Source of the DNA: Enoplolaimus lenunculus
Lineage: Eukaryota
Length of the DNA: 64,000 nucleotides
Assembly: GCA_030248215.1 (NCBI GenBank)
Contig: JASANG010000295.1
Coordinates: 186,001 to 250,000, forward strand
Direction of reading: 5' to 3'
In this document: positions 13,401 through 27,500 of the stretch, piece after piece
How positions within the stretch are numbered: the first letter of the stretch is position 1
How the letters are laid out: the number at the start of each line of letters is the position of its first letter
Notes under the pieces: generated by a model
Told to the model about the DNA's origin: nothing
Database searches by the model: none
Seen by the model: the letters and a program-made list of their open reading frames with translations, nothing else
Translations under genes and position numbers: made by a program

Positions 13401-14452
13401 TAACTCTTAGAACGTAGTTGCGGTTATCTATGTGTTGATTTTATATCACTCAACAGAGGCGGAAGCTCATGCTAAGTATATTCGCATGGGCAGTGAAAGA
13501 CGTGCAGACAGGGGAAGTTTGAAACTGAAAGCTTTAAGACTTATTAGCAGGTTTAGGTTAACTGACAGGGACAAATCATTATGCTGAAACATCTCGCATA
13601 TTAATACTTTGTTAGGTTCGAATTTCAATGTAGTGCGTGATACATTTAGACAAGAGTATGCACTGAGGTACATTCTATTAAGAAGCAATGTATTTGGCAT
13701 GCGTAGCGTTTTCAACCGACCCTCAAAACAGAGTTTAGTAACACAAGAACACAACGCCCCCCCCGGCATATTTTTTGTCACGCGTAATTTAAGCAAGCTG
13801 GTTATGAACTTTTGGCAAAAAGGCAACATCTACTCTTTATAGAACTTAGCAAAATCAAAAAATTATTCAGCTTTAAATCCAGTTTTATTTTAGAACTAAC
13901 AGATTTTCGTCGCATGTTTTTGTATGAGTTATCTACTATTTTACAGCAGCCAAAATAGCAGACTTCAGTGAGGGAAGGGAAGCAGTGTTTCTGATTGCTC
14001 GTTTTATAAAAAGCCTATCTCGTTATACGCAATCTGTGTGCAAGGTTAATTATGATAAATTACGCAAAAAAATGTTGTAAAAGTGAAACAAAACGTGCGC
14101 TCCAGCTATGACATAAATTTTTTCTGTATGTTGGTTTTACGGGCCCATGTAAAGATCAGAGGCGGTACGTTTTTCTGTGGGTCTGCAACAGTGTAACATT
14201 AATCTTTGGACAAAGTTTTGCTTAGGCTTAGGTTTAGGCTTAGGTATAAGATCATTTTCACGTTTAGGTTTAGACTTTGGCTTTAGGTTAAGCTTAAGAA
14301 AATGCTTATACTAATGTTTCCTCCGTGTTCCATATATATTTTCACTTTTATTCAAGATCAGTTGGTTTTCCCTAGAACGATAAAGCGTCATAAATACCGT
14401 TTGGTTAATTTTTGTAGTTAGCGGCAGCTATTTTTTACTGTTTCTATTACTA

Positions 14453-14905
14453 CTGTAGTAACCCGAATGAGAGGCGGCGGTAATAAGCGGGGGTCCACAT
14501 TTATAGCACCAATCAATAAGAGTAGGTATCTCTAATAAGAGTCCATAGGCGAGCCTTGAATGTCCCTCCTGAAAAATTTATAGCCACCCTAGAAGGTTGA
14601 GCAGGCTACGAGCCTGATTGTAGTGCATAAATGACTCCAGGACCAAATAAAGTTGAGTTCGAAACTTCAAAGCATAGCTTAAGTTTTAAAACTACATTCC
14701 TAAGTGCAACCTTGCATATCACTTAAGCTTTTGATACAAAACAAACGTTTACTTCAACAGATGGTTGCAATACCAGATATATTAGTAAACCAAGGGCAGC
14801 GGAGGGCGGCTTAAAATAAATAACAGTCCGTAACAAAATAACAGGGGGTAACTTCTGGAGAGGACAAATAACTATTAATCTCCCCTCTTATTTCGGTAAC
14901 TACAG
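14453..14905. mobile_element. Tc/mariner-superfamily-like MITE, family A
   Basis: TA|CTGTAGTAACCCGAATGAGAGG ... CCTCTTATTTCGGTAACTACAG|TA. Body shared with the copies at 20132, 23221, 24191 and 37330. Confidence 0.8.
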
Positions 14906-16945
14906 TATAGCCAGATACAACTTTAGTAATAAACATGAAGCTAAAATTTATGTTTTGCATGGCACCGGTGAACTGGCATGGATCTTTCAGAACCAGACGT
15001 GAATTCGTTAATAATGTTATAACCGTTTCGTAACATTATGTAAAATTTACACTCATAACGCGCGTTATGTTGGCTGCGTCCGCGAAACGTGAGCTTTTGC
15101 AAACTGTTTTTCGGCGTTTTATACAATAATTACTTTAAAAATATTTACTTTTTTAAGGACACACATTAACAACTCGCGAAAGTATGCAAAGTTTCGGCTG
15201 TTGAGCATTTTTTCGCACATTTTAGATTAAGGTTTAGCATCAAGGTTTTAGACTCAGGCAGTGGATTAGTCTAGGGTTGGGCACCGTAGAAAACCAACTG
15301 AAAAAAACAGTTTTTTCTGGTTTCTTCCATTTTAACCGAGGAGGTGGAAAAATGGAAAAAACTTTTTATTATAATCTCGCTAAATTTCTACCAAAACAGC
15401 CACAAAACATCTCTGAAACTGTGAGAAATAGGTATTTCTTGCGCTCCCATCGCCGTGAAGGCTGATTTTGCTGGGGAGGCATCAGTGGCGGATCCAAGAA
15501 TTTCGAAAACAGGGACCGTACGAGATAAAAATTGTGGAAGCGCTCGCTAGCGAATCGAGAGATAAGCCGAATGCCATTTTAGTGCTAAACCTTAATACAA
15601 AATCATGGTTTTAAACCCTGTCGAGGGGCCTAGGCTGGAGTGCCCCCTTGGATCCACCAGTGGAAGAAATATGGAATATATCCCTCCTATTAAACTTCTG
15701 GAAAGACCAGAAAAATGCAAATTTACCTGCTTTTAGAATACCCAGCTTTACTCTCATACCCTCTCGAAATGAAGACTTCGCTAAGCCCCTTGTGTTTTTG
15801 TGAAAGGAGTTCTTTTTACTCTGATAGGGCCGGTCTTGCCGAGTGTCGCCTACGCAAAAGATACTGTACAGTTCCAAAAGTGACAAATTTTATGTTAATG
15901 TTTGTTTTGTACCTTCGTGCTCAAGTGCAAGCCCTTCTGGAAGTGCTAGAGGCAAACTTTCAATTTTCAAGGTCCCTAACATCGGGACCCAAAAAATGAT
16001 GTATTATGTGTAGGGTGCAAAGACCGACCTAGTGCTACGAATTCATAGCCTACAAGTAGTTATCTGTAAATAAGGCAACGATGAACTCAATTCAACGGCA
16101 CTATGCTAAAACTACGGTGGCTCTTCTCAGAGGCGGACGCTGGGTGAGTAGGTTGTGTCTCCTGTAGACCCAAAAATCCTATGGTGCTGAAACGTATGCG
16201 ATACAAATGGTTTCTTAGGCAAACAGGAATTCCAGTTAGACCCATGCTGTTATATACTTCAATAATCTTAAAATGATTGCTATATCTATTTGTGATTTTG
16301 CTGTTTCTCCTTGATGCAACATTCATTGCAGAAATATGCCGCGTTTAGTTCCGAGCCTAACTTCTGACTAATTTCATTTGTCATATATCAATGAAACTAC
16401 AAAACCTGTCGGCAGATTTTTGCTGGACTTCACCCCACAAGTTTGTTGCCACATTAGTTGGCATATGCACTTTTTAGGTGTGTGACAGCTCTGTTCTCTG
16501 TAGACACGTTTTTCTCGTCAGCACATCTCAGGGTTAATCATTTGGGTGACGGTGTCTAGAAAATAAGGGTTATTATCTGCTCCCGAAATCTGTGGTAAGA
16601 TGAAATAGGTTCTTTTACATGGTTCAGAGTAGCTTGTTGAATGCTAAGCTTCAAGAACTATTCCAGCTCGCAAAATCGCTCGCTCGCAAAAATTTTTTGA
16701 TATGAGAGCACATGTCCTCCCGAAATTAAATCTGCCTACGTCATGGACCTTAAGCTTACAAGCCGCTGCTCTCGTCAATAAAAAACATAAATATCTGCAG
16801 CGGTGGTGCCAACAGATAGTGTTACAATTCTGTACAATATCTTGCTGAGGTTCGTAGGGAAAGGTCGCACCAAAGTGTTTCCGGGTCAATGTTATCGTTT
16901 ACCCGTGTATACCCTAGTCTCGGCTCTTAACTTTTTTCATCTTTG

Positions 16946-17015
16946 TTATATACATACATAAATATATATGTATATATGCATGTATATATATGTATATATA
17001 TGCATGTATATATAT
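16946..17015. repeat. (TA)n/(TATG)n microsatellite
   Basis: Direct reading; a similar tract lies at ~22058-22136. Confidence 0.8.
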
Positions 17016-20000
17016 GTTGGTGCTTTAACCAAGGGCAAGATATACCGGCAATAAACTGGTGTTTTTATTGAGACTGGCTTTTGGGGTCTTTTGGAAATCG
17101 GCCAAAAATAGGTGTATTCGGAAAGAGTCTCTCTTGTTGTGGGACTGGTTCCAACATTGAATACTATGCCTTAACCCCAAAGACATGGACAAAGCACAAA
17201 TCAAAGCTTAATCCGTTTCCGTGCAAGAATATTTTTAATTTCATCTCGAATATAATATTTAGGTTTGATTTGGCCTTACCAGAACCTTCGATAAAAGTAT
17301 CAACGGAGCCGCAAAACTTAGAAATGAAAATTTCAGCGTATAAAAAATTTGTGTTCTTAAAAGAAATGAAGTGAAAACTTTCATGGAAATATCAAAGAGC
17401 AACTTTTTACGTAAAGTCTGGTCTCAGAATTTTCAGCTACAAATCGATCATTAGTAAAGAGCTTATAATTCAGATGTGAAATAATTTTAAAAATTAAACG
17501 ATTTCTCATATTATGCTAATGTTTCTTATTTCATCTGTAATCTAAAATTTGAAAGTAGGTTTCGAACTCCAGATCCTCAATTCGAAAGCATTCGCCATCG
17601 TTACGCAACTATAGAAACTTGACCTCTTAGCTCGGACTTGCTTTCACGTTTCGCGGAAATTTTGCGCAGTATAAATGGTATGTACCAGAATGATAGCAAA
17701 ACCACCTCGTAATATTTTTAATCGTACTTGGTCCTTGTGAGCTATCCCTCACAGACTTATACCTAAGCTCAGGGCTATGCTTAGACTTACTTTTAGGAAA
17801 AGACTAAGCCACCGTCTAAGTTTTTTGCTAAGCTAAAGACTGAGCCTAAACCTAAGCCTAAAGCCACAGCTTGAGCCTTTTCGTAAACCTAAACCTGAGC
17901 CTAAATCTGAACCTATGCGTTAAATTTCAATGTTGGGAAACGGAACAACAGATGTGCATGCTACATTACCGATGCGTTTTGCATCTTTGAGAAACAGCCC
18001 CAATTTATCTTTCGGATGACGTAATAAGTTTGAATTTCATAATATATTCGGCAGTCAAGTACAAGTAGTACTTAGAATAAAAAAACATTATGGTTGCGTC
18101 AAGCGTCTTTAATAACTGCGATAATTACACTGCAATTTTTAAAGGTTTTTAGTACAAAAATGCGCTTATCTTACAGGTAGGTTGCTTACCTATAAAGATT
18201 GGCTATGATTTGGAACAGCCTTGAACAGCTGAAATCGTTTAGTTTTTTTTGCACACTGCACGTTTGCAGTCATGGGTATTGCCAGTTATCATCGTTTGGG
18301 CAGAGCCACGTCAATTACTTGGATATATATGGTTTTGTTTTCAGACCTATTTGTCTCAGCTACTATTTAGTTGAAGAGAAATATATTTGTCAAAGTCACT
18401 GAAGATGGTAATGGTGTCCGCGCCCTGGCCTATGATTTCGGGTTATGGTCGTTTCCTTCAGTGCTTGCAACACCAGGAAAAATTGTCTGGCCATAAGATC
18501 AAAAATATTTGTATACACCAAGAATGTTGAAAGCCTTGAAGGTCAGATAAAGCTTGGCGTTACAGATGGCTCGCCAATATAGAATAAGCACGTAAACTAG
18601 AAAGTTTGGGATATGCTTTAATAAGCTTTATCGCAATGTCGTCGCCGTTTATTTTTGATGCTGTCGGAATAAGCTGATTACACTTTGTTTTTATCGTTTT
18701 ATGACGATTGAACCGCTTAGGATCGGCATCTTTTGTACCAACCAGCTTGGACGCTGCCTGAGTTTTTGGTGCGGTGTGCAAGTTAAAGTCAATGTGTATG
18801 TTATATCGGTGGTGCGCCATACTGATTCTGAATTTATAAACTGTACCAAAGATGAAATACTGTTTTTACTATGTATAGTTAGTTACTCGCCGATAAAAAT
18901 AACTTCAGGAATGAATCAGGTATGGCTGCATGTTTTTGCACATAACCTATAGCCAATGTTTAGAACAGGGACGTAATAGAAACGTATTCTTAAGCATAGC
19001 CTATACTAAGCCTATGCGTAAGAATGATCTTTATACCTAAACCTAAGCGAAAAAGTATAATTTTAAACAAAAAGTAGTCTGAATTAAGCGTTCTCTGTTG
19101 CAGTTCCACAAAAAACCGTTCCGCTTGTGATCTTTAAATGGCCGTTACCTCGCAACGTACATGTCAACCAGCATTTGGCCGGCATGACAAGTAGAAGACT
19201 GGTTGTATAATTTATCACACTACATAGTCAATATCGACACTATATTGTGTCAAACAAATTTTTAGGGGTACCATTTGATGTTAAACCTAACAAAACAACA
19301 CACGGATACGCGGTGACTGATTCTGTATCCCCGGGAGATTTATGGCAGTTTAGCATTTTTGTACATCGGTTTGGCACGCGGGTTCAGCTAATCATGTACA
19401 GCACTGGCATTATTAAAGGGGGACTCAGCTAGACTTTGCGCAACCCATCAAGGATCAGATCCGAAAATTTTCACTTCGGGCTGGTTTCTTGCTTGTTTCA
19501 CTCGTAAGCTTGTGCATTGCGCAGCCACGTCGTCCGAAATTTCTGGATCCGCCACTGTATTGCAGTCAGTGCGTGGAAATAGTTTAGGCTCAGGTTTATG
19601 CCACTTTTAATGTTTTAAATGTGCGGGAAGACCATCTTCATTTATCAATCTAAAATCGCATGATTGGCGTTCAGAATAAAGGAATATTTTAAACATAGCT
19701 ATTATACATGGTATATATACCTATTACGTTAGTGGCTTTTTCCAGGTTTACAGTCCTGCAATTAAGAGGGGGGAATAAACCAAAAGGCTTGAATCCTTGA
19801 AATAAATTTGCTTCGCAAATACTTTTTTGCTAATCAAAGATGAAAGTGGGACGCGAAATGCCATGGCGGCCCCACCCGGCGGTGTGAGGCGAGGATTAAT
19901 TTACCGTTTCATTGGGTATGCCGCCTTATTATGTTGAACAAAAATGAGGTAAAATTGGAAAATAAAGTTTTCTCGGTTTTGAAATTTGTGAGACTATATA

Positions 20001-20131
20001 AATGTAAATCTAAAATTGCTTCGGCAGACTGAATAGGTATCTAAACTTATTCTGATCGGTTTGTCGGTTTCTTAATTCAGTTTAAAACTATTATATACTG
20101 AATTGTGAAAAAGTCGCGAGAACATACATTA

Positions 20132-20549
20132 CTGTAGTGACCCGAATAAGAGGGGGGGGCCTAATTCTCCTCCCCCCCACAACCCCCCCTTCCTCCAATA
20201 TTTATATTCCCCCCCCCCCCCCCCCCTCTCGATATATTCAGTATTGCAACTATCCGTTGAATTTAAACGTTTTTTGCCTTGCATGAAAATCTAGAGCGAT
20301 AATGCAAGGTTATACTTTGCATTGTTATTTTCAAAACTTAAGTACGCTTTAAGTTTCGAACTCAACTTTATTTGGTTCTGGAGTAATTATGCGCTACAAT
20401 TTGCGAATAATTGTCATTTATGGACTCTAATTAGGGTTTAGGGACTCTATCTGCGTACGGAATCTTATTAGGGATACGGACTCCTATTGATCGGGATCCA
20501 AAATGGGGACCCCCCTCTTATAACCACTCTCTTATTCGGGTGAATACAG
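20132..20549. mobile_element. MITE family A copy (reverse orientation, with expanded poly-C tracts)
   Basis: CTGTAGTGACCCGAATAAGAGGGG ... CTCTTATTCGGGTGAATACAG; internal sequence is the reverse complement of the 23221 copy. Confidence 0.8.
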
Positions 20550-21051
20550 CAATTGCATAAAATATGAAAATTGACATAAAACTTGTTAAAATGCTGTTAA
20601 CTTTTAGTTATACATAATATTATAACTGTCATTTTAGAGAAACAGGTGGGGAACAGATTTTTTCATGGGATCCCACCTCACTTTATGGGGCATACGGGGC
20701 CTGGTAGTTTGTGGGACAACATGAGACTCTACGTGCCGAGTACAAAATATGAAATTTTGTGTTTAAGACTTAGTACAAACATTGAGCATCGCTGATGCCT
20801 GTCAAATATTTCTGGATCCGCTTACTGTTGGGGCAATCAAAAAGTGTAAATCCACACAATTATGTATAACCAACTTTATGCAATCTATAGCTACGTTATA
20901 CATGTCTTCGACCTTTATATCAAGCTATGTTTACAAAAATATTAAATTAGTTGGGTTTTTTGTCATATTGGACTAAATGAGAAATTACAAAAAACAACTG
21001 GAAATAGCCTAACATTATCTGATAAATTAACGAGCTTTAACTAACAACACC

Positions 21052-21222
21052 CGATGGCGGAACCATGGGGGCCACCCCGGCCGTGCCCCCCCAACAGCAT
21101 CTCGACAAAAATTATATATAGCAATTTTATGGCAATAGTTCGTGGTTTGTGTGTGGGTCAAAAATAAAGTTTATTACCTGTGAAATTTTGCCCCCCATTT
21201 TGAAATCCTGGATCCGCCACTG
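21052..21222. mobile_element. Short hAT-like MITE (CAGTGGCGGATCC-type ends)
   Basis: CGATGGCGGAACCA ... TGGATCCGCCACTG with TSD ACAACACC/ACAACACT. Similar ends at ~15483-15662, ~19540-19556, ~43390 and ~43563. Confidence 0.65.
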
Positions 21223-23220
21223 ACAACACTAGTTCATATTTATACGTGGGCAATAAATGGGCTGTTAATATTGATTGATGTTTAAGTAGGTATCGCGGCA
21301 ATTAATCGACCGACAATCTATACTCAGAAATCTCTCCACCTAAAACAATTTGTCGTTCATGATTATAAGTAGGCTTTAGGTTAGGACTATACTTTAGGCT
21401 TACAATACTCACTGGCGGCAAGGTGTCAGTCGACGAATGGTCGTAGATATTCGACGAACTACTGTCGATGCCAAATTATTCTAGAATATATATACATCAG
21501 CTTAAAATTTACCACCAAAAACGTAGTAATGTAATTTTTCCACTATAGACAGAAAAAATGAAAAATTTTTTATTAAACAGTTAAAGTTGTAAGATTTAAT
21601 GTCCAAGTATATATAGCAATTTTTACTTGACGAATCAAATTATTTTTCGGCGACGGGAAGAGGTGAGATGTGCAAGTGCTAAAAATGCTTTAAAATCTCC
21701 CGTTTTATGGGACACTTAGTGACGAAAAACCTTATATTTGCGGCGCAAACAGGCTTTCTAACAGATTTTAATAACCAGGTTAAGCCCTCAGTTTGTAAAA
21801 CATTGTGAGCGCATTGTTAATATATATACCGTTTGAGCATCGTGTCATTTCGGCGATATTTTTTTGTTGTTACGGAACAACTGCTTGGCTGGTACGTTTT
21901 TCAACAGAAAAAAATGAGCCAAAAATCATTTTGTATAAAGTTTTCTCTCACTTTCTCAATTGAAATCCATTTATTTCTTAATATTTTTTTCTGGCCAGGC
22001 TCTTAAAAACAATCTCTCACCCGCATCCTTTACATATTATGACAGCAGTTTATTGTTTATACATACATGTACATATATTATAGGTACAATGTATGTATAT
22101 ATATGTATATATGCATATATATGTAAATATATATATGGCAGCGGAATTGTAAGATTTTTGAGAGCAAGGTTTTCTGTCCGTACCCTGCGGCTAAGTGTTG
22201 TTGGATACAAATTGTTTAACACCCCCATCATCCTTGTAATTCCCCCCATCGAACTAGAAGTTGGTTATCGTATCGACAGTAACAACCTGAGAAATGAAGC
22301 GCAGCAAAAACAGCAGAGCAAACCTTTGATGGGTAATGTACGATAAGGGGTGGCGCTGGAGGTCTCCCTCCGCCCACATTCAATCATTGTTAGCAAAAAT
22401 TGCGTGTTTTTTTTCATTGGGAAAGAATTTGCCGCATGAGAGAGAGTTGGTTTCAAAATATGTTGATATTAAATGATGACGTAACATATGTTTAAATGCA
22501 ATTTTGTATTATTTATCGCTGAAGTTCAACTAATTAATGTGCTTTCTTGGTGATTTTATTACGAAACCCTAGCTTAATAGGGTTTTACTAAACATAACTT
22601 GTTTTTCTAACAATTTATGCTTCCTTCACCGATTTTTATAATAGCTTTTTAATTAGCAGGGGCTCGTAGTTGATTCAAGTAGCTTAACTATGCTAATTAG
22701 TGGTTAGCTTAGTTATCGCGGTTCCGACGATTCCCCGCCTCTCAAAACAACATTTCAGGCCCTGTTTAGTAGTGGTTAATCCAGGATTTTCAGGGTATAT
22801 CCGAGACTGGCAGACCCGTATTCCTTTAAAGATTGCTCCGATGCCAGGCTTCAACAATAATATCTTGTTTCGATATTTGTAAATATACTATCCAAATGTA
22901 TTACCACGAAAATATAAGTGTTTGTGCAAAGTGAAATCGTATTCAAGTCAACACATGAAGCAAACTAATATCAGAATGTAAATATGCCTGCAGTTTAAGT
23001 CGTTGATGCCGGGTTTTTATTACATTCGCAACATAAATTGTCCTTAAATCCAAATTTGGAACTTACACTCTTTCAGAAATAAATGTTTCCAATTCTTCTC
23101 AGTTGAAAGTTTTAGCCAATTTTTAAGTAAAAAATAATGTCTTGAACGTGAAAGAATTATATTTTATACTTAAATTTGTAATTTAAATTTCTCAAACGTA
23201 ATTAATCTTAATTTACCGTA

Positions 23221-23664
23221 CTGTATTGACCCGAATAAGGGTGGGGGGTAATAAGAGGGGGGTCCCCATTTTGGGTCCGAATCAATAGGAGTCCGTATTT
23301 CTAATAAGAGTCCGTAAGCGGAAAGAGTCCCTAAACCCTAATTAGAGTCCATAAATGTCAATTAACCCTAATTGTTGCGCATAAATGACTCCAGGACCAA
23401 ATAATTTGAGTTCGAAACTTTAAAGCGTACTTAAATTTTGAAAGTACATTCCTAAGTATAACCTTGTATTATCGCTCAAGCTGTTGACACAAGACAAATA
23501 AACGTTTAATTCAACGGATAATTGCAGTACCGGATATATCAGTAACGAAGGGCGGCGGAGCGTGGGTTAAAAATAAATAACAGTCCGTAACCGAATAGCA
23601 AGGGGGGTGCCCTCTGGAGAGACCAAATAAATATCAGTCCCCCGTCGTATTCGGGTCAATACAA
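23221..23664. mobile_element. MITE family A copy
   Basis: TA|CTGTATTGACCCGAATAAG ... CGTATTCGGGTCAATACAA|TA. Confidence 0.82.
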
Positions 23665-24190
23665 TATTTGCGACAGTCGATTTTTTTGTTTTAGGCATTA
23701 CTTAAACTTTAGACTTTAGGCTTAGATCACACTGAGGCTGAGGCTTAAGCTTAGACTTTGGGTTAAGTTTAGACTGCGACTGAAATTTAAACTTGTGTAG
23801 GAAAAGTATACAAGTATCAAATGTCCTGCAACGACATTAAATTTGTTTTTGTATGTCAAATCAAAAAGTTTTCCTAAAAGTATTACATATAAGAAGGTGC
23901 ATAGCACTTTGCACCTTTAACTATTTGATAATTGGTGTTTTAATTTTTGACCCGTTGACTAGAACATAATTCAGAGTTGAAAATTTTTTAACATAGATTG
24001 CATTGTAGTCTCTGGTATCATATACAAAATTGTTCACAAATCTATCTCGAACGAACAGTCTGCAGAAGGCATTCAAAATAATACGTGTAAAACATTGAAG
24101 CAGTAAAGAAAGCTGGTTTTAAAAGCTTTAAAATATGTTTTAGAAAACGTTTAAGAATAACAAGTTTTCTATTCCAACCAAAACCACCCA

Positions 24191-24515
24191 CTGTATTGAC
24201 CCGAATAAGAGGGGGGACTGATATTTATTTGGTCTCTCCAGAGGGTACCCTCTTGTTATTCGGTTACGGACTGTTGTTTATTTTTAACCCACGCTCCGCC
24301 GCCCTTCGTTACTGATATATATTCGGTACTGCAATTACCCGTTGAATTAAACGTTTAATTGTCTTGTGACAAGATTATACTTAGGTATGTACTTTCAAAA
24401 TTTAAGTACGCTTAAAAGTTTCGAACTCAAATTATTTGGTCCTGGAGTCATTTATACGCTACAGTTTGTGTTAATTGACCCTCTTATTACCCCCTTCTTA
24501 TTCGGGTCAATACAG
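24191..24515. mobile_element. MITE family A copy, internally deleted and inverted relative to 23221-23664
   Basis: CTGTATTGACCCGAATAAGAGGGGG ... CCCCTTCTTATTCGGGTCAATACAG|TA. Confidence 0.82.
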
Positions 24516-27500
24516 TACGCAAAATATTCAGTATGACGCGCTTTCATGTATTTCAGTGAACATTTGCCAAAAATGTGTTCAAGAACACTCTTGACGATAT
24601 TTTTGGAAACCCTTTAACTGTAACAAAAAAGCGTTTTACCAACTTGAAATAGCGTGATTGTTGCCTTGATTATTTAAAGTTTTCAATTTTTAGCCGAAAG
24701 AGAAATATTTTTTGGCTGTTCCTAATATTTGGTTTGCCAAACCAATATTTTACGGCGTAGATGGAAGTAGGGCATGGAATCACGGGAAGCCATGAGGTGA
24801 GGTGGGGCGGGTCGGAATTTGTTGCCTCATATATGGGGCAAAGTGAGCCAAATAATTATAAAATGAATTTACCTGGGGTTTGAAATTTTTAACTCAAAGC
24901 TTAAATATTTTTCGACTGACTGAATACATCAAATTCTGCGAAGAATTTTTCGGGTCCACCGCTTGCAAATTCAATTCAAAATTGCACTGAACAAGAAAAA
25001 GTCGCCAGAAATAAATAGCAAAAAATACGGAAATCAACATAAAAATCGCTGAAATTCTGTTAATTTTTGTTACATAACACTTCTATTACAGCGTGGTATA
25101 TAAATGGAGGACGGTTCTGTCTTGGGGGCCTCACTCTCTTCTGCTAGAAAAATTCTACGTGGGGTGGGGCTGGGTGCGGCCGTTGCAAGCCGCACCACTT
25201 CTGTGGTTTACGGTATACGAAAATGTTTTAAAGGCATCGCAGTGTAGCCTCAAGTGTCTGGATGCAGTTGCAATAATGGGTGAAATATGTGCAAAAGTTT
25301 TGTTCCGATTCTGATTCCGGGCGTCTTTTCCCCCAGTATTATTCTGAGTTAAAATTTTGTATCATACCATTGTTTTATTTAGACCGCTTCGTTCTATTCA
25401 ATTAGGCTAGGCACACAGTGGCGGTTCCAGAAAATTCTGACGGAGTGCAGGTGCATATAAAATCTGTAGAACGCGGGCCACTAACCGCTTGAAATGTAAA
25501 CCGAAAAAATTCCGCATCAAAATATGACAATTTAATTTGTATAGGACCATCCAAGGTCAATGAACCCTATTCCATCACTCATGTTGATTTTTTATCCGGG
25601 CAAATTTAAAGTTAAATGCGAAAATTTCTATTTGTATAATTTGGTAACGAACCCCTGGCAAGTGAGGGTCCGCCATTTGGGGGTATAGGTGGAGCTGAGC
25701 ACATTGCTGTGGAAACATTTACATGGAGTCTATGCTCTTGTCATTTGACGGTGCTTATTGCAGTTATACTTGCAGTATTAATAGCGCCTCTGGCGAAAAA
25801 ATTTTGTGAAGTGTTTTACGCCAACCACTGAACAAATTCGCGCATCAATCGAGTAAAATTAAAAATTGGTAACGTAGATAACCTACTAATTTTTCACCAA
25901 AAACTCTCTGAGGGCAGTGCTCTTACACAGATATGGATTCGCCCCAGGAACCACAATAACGTCATTTCTTCCGACTTCGATTCAGACAAAATTTTGTTCT
26001 GATACAAAAGCTGGTAATCTCAAATTAGAAGCATAGTACTCTGAAGACGAATTCCGCAACTACATGAGTATTCTCATTTTTCGAAGAGATATAAATTATG
26101 AGTTATCCATCAGTTGGTGTTATTATCCTTCCAATACGTATTCTTGCTATGTCTTGTAGTTCAGTTGGCACTTCCGTCAAAGGTGCCATCTGAGCCAAAT
26201 AGCTGTTTAATGCACTGGAAATATTTCTCAAAAAGCGCAACGCCCACGTCAAATTCATTTTATTTAGCCTTCTTCGTTTGTTGTTTGTTTCTGTTGATTT
26301 TGTTTTATTATATTTACATATTATAGAGGTACACTTATTGTAAAATCTGAAAACATTCAGAATCACTGGGTAGGATTTAATAGCCCACATGATTTTTGGT
26401 ACATAAATCTTAGCCATTCATCCGAACCACAACTAAGATATAACGTCATAAGCAAGAACTGTTTCCCCGGGCCAAATATTGCGAGCAACTTTTGTGTAAC
26501 TGTTTTTCGTACGATGCATAAGCGCTCTGAATGTTGCCCTTAATCCTATCTTTAATCCTTTTGCCATCAAAAAATGTAGAACCGCACCAACAGAAAGCCA
26601 AATCTGAACGCAATAGGTTGACGTTTTTGACCAATTCATATGAGCTTTGGTGTGCCCAAAGTATGCATGGGTTTTCAGTTACCGTTTTTGTGATCTTGTA
26701 CGTTTTTCGTCGCCACGCATTCTACGTTTAGGCTTAGGTTCAGGGATAAATTACCAATGCATGATTATGCGTTTACCTTGGAATTAGCATTAATTTAAAT
26801 GTGAAGGGGGAAGAGTGAAATGGCCCATTTTTGATTGTGGGGTTGGCGATTGGCGTAGGAAAGTTGAATACACAGTAGATTTATTATCCTCGAAATGGAA
26901 ACCGGAATACTATAGCCTCCGGTCTTTTTAAGTTAAAATGTTTTCGTGCCATTAACAGCGCTGAGTATGAAAATAGTGTTTAATATTAATCTAAAATTAT
27001 TAGGGCCCTGTTCTCAAACGTGTGTAGCGCCTATCGCAAGTTGATGATACGTCTTGTAACGTTCGAGCCAGCGAATGCTGAGGTTCAAAGTTCAGCACAT
27101 TTTTCGCATATGATTTGGTCTACTTCTGCACCAATTTTGAGGTCATCAACTGCAATAGTTAGTGAGTTTTTGCTATACACGTTTTAGAATATGGATCAAG
27201 GTTTTAAATGTTTATTAACAGTCACAAAAACTACTGAATCAAAATAAACAGCAACAGATGACGGTGAGAGCAACTCGCACAGGTCGACAAATAGTGTTTC
27301 TACAATATATAGAAGACGTATCTTAACCCGACCCTCTGATGTTTTACGTTTTTCAACTAAACACATACAAAGGGGTTTGTACACTTCTAGGTGTTCGTTG
27401 GCAATCATGCAAAACGCACTAATGCCTCCAGTAACACACCGTTTTTAAGAGTCCCTTTAGAATTATAACGGCTTAGCCAAAATGTTTAGCATACTTGATT

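Noticed and set aside
17755..17915. True telomere or chromosome end
   Set aside because: The hexamers are degenerate, short and internal, and are flanked by ordinary sequence.
25700..26700. Cluster of short ORFs as a gene or transposase remnant
   Set aside because: No recognisable motif and frequent stops; cannot be supported without a database search.
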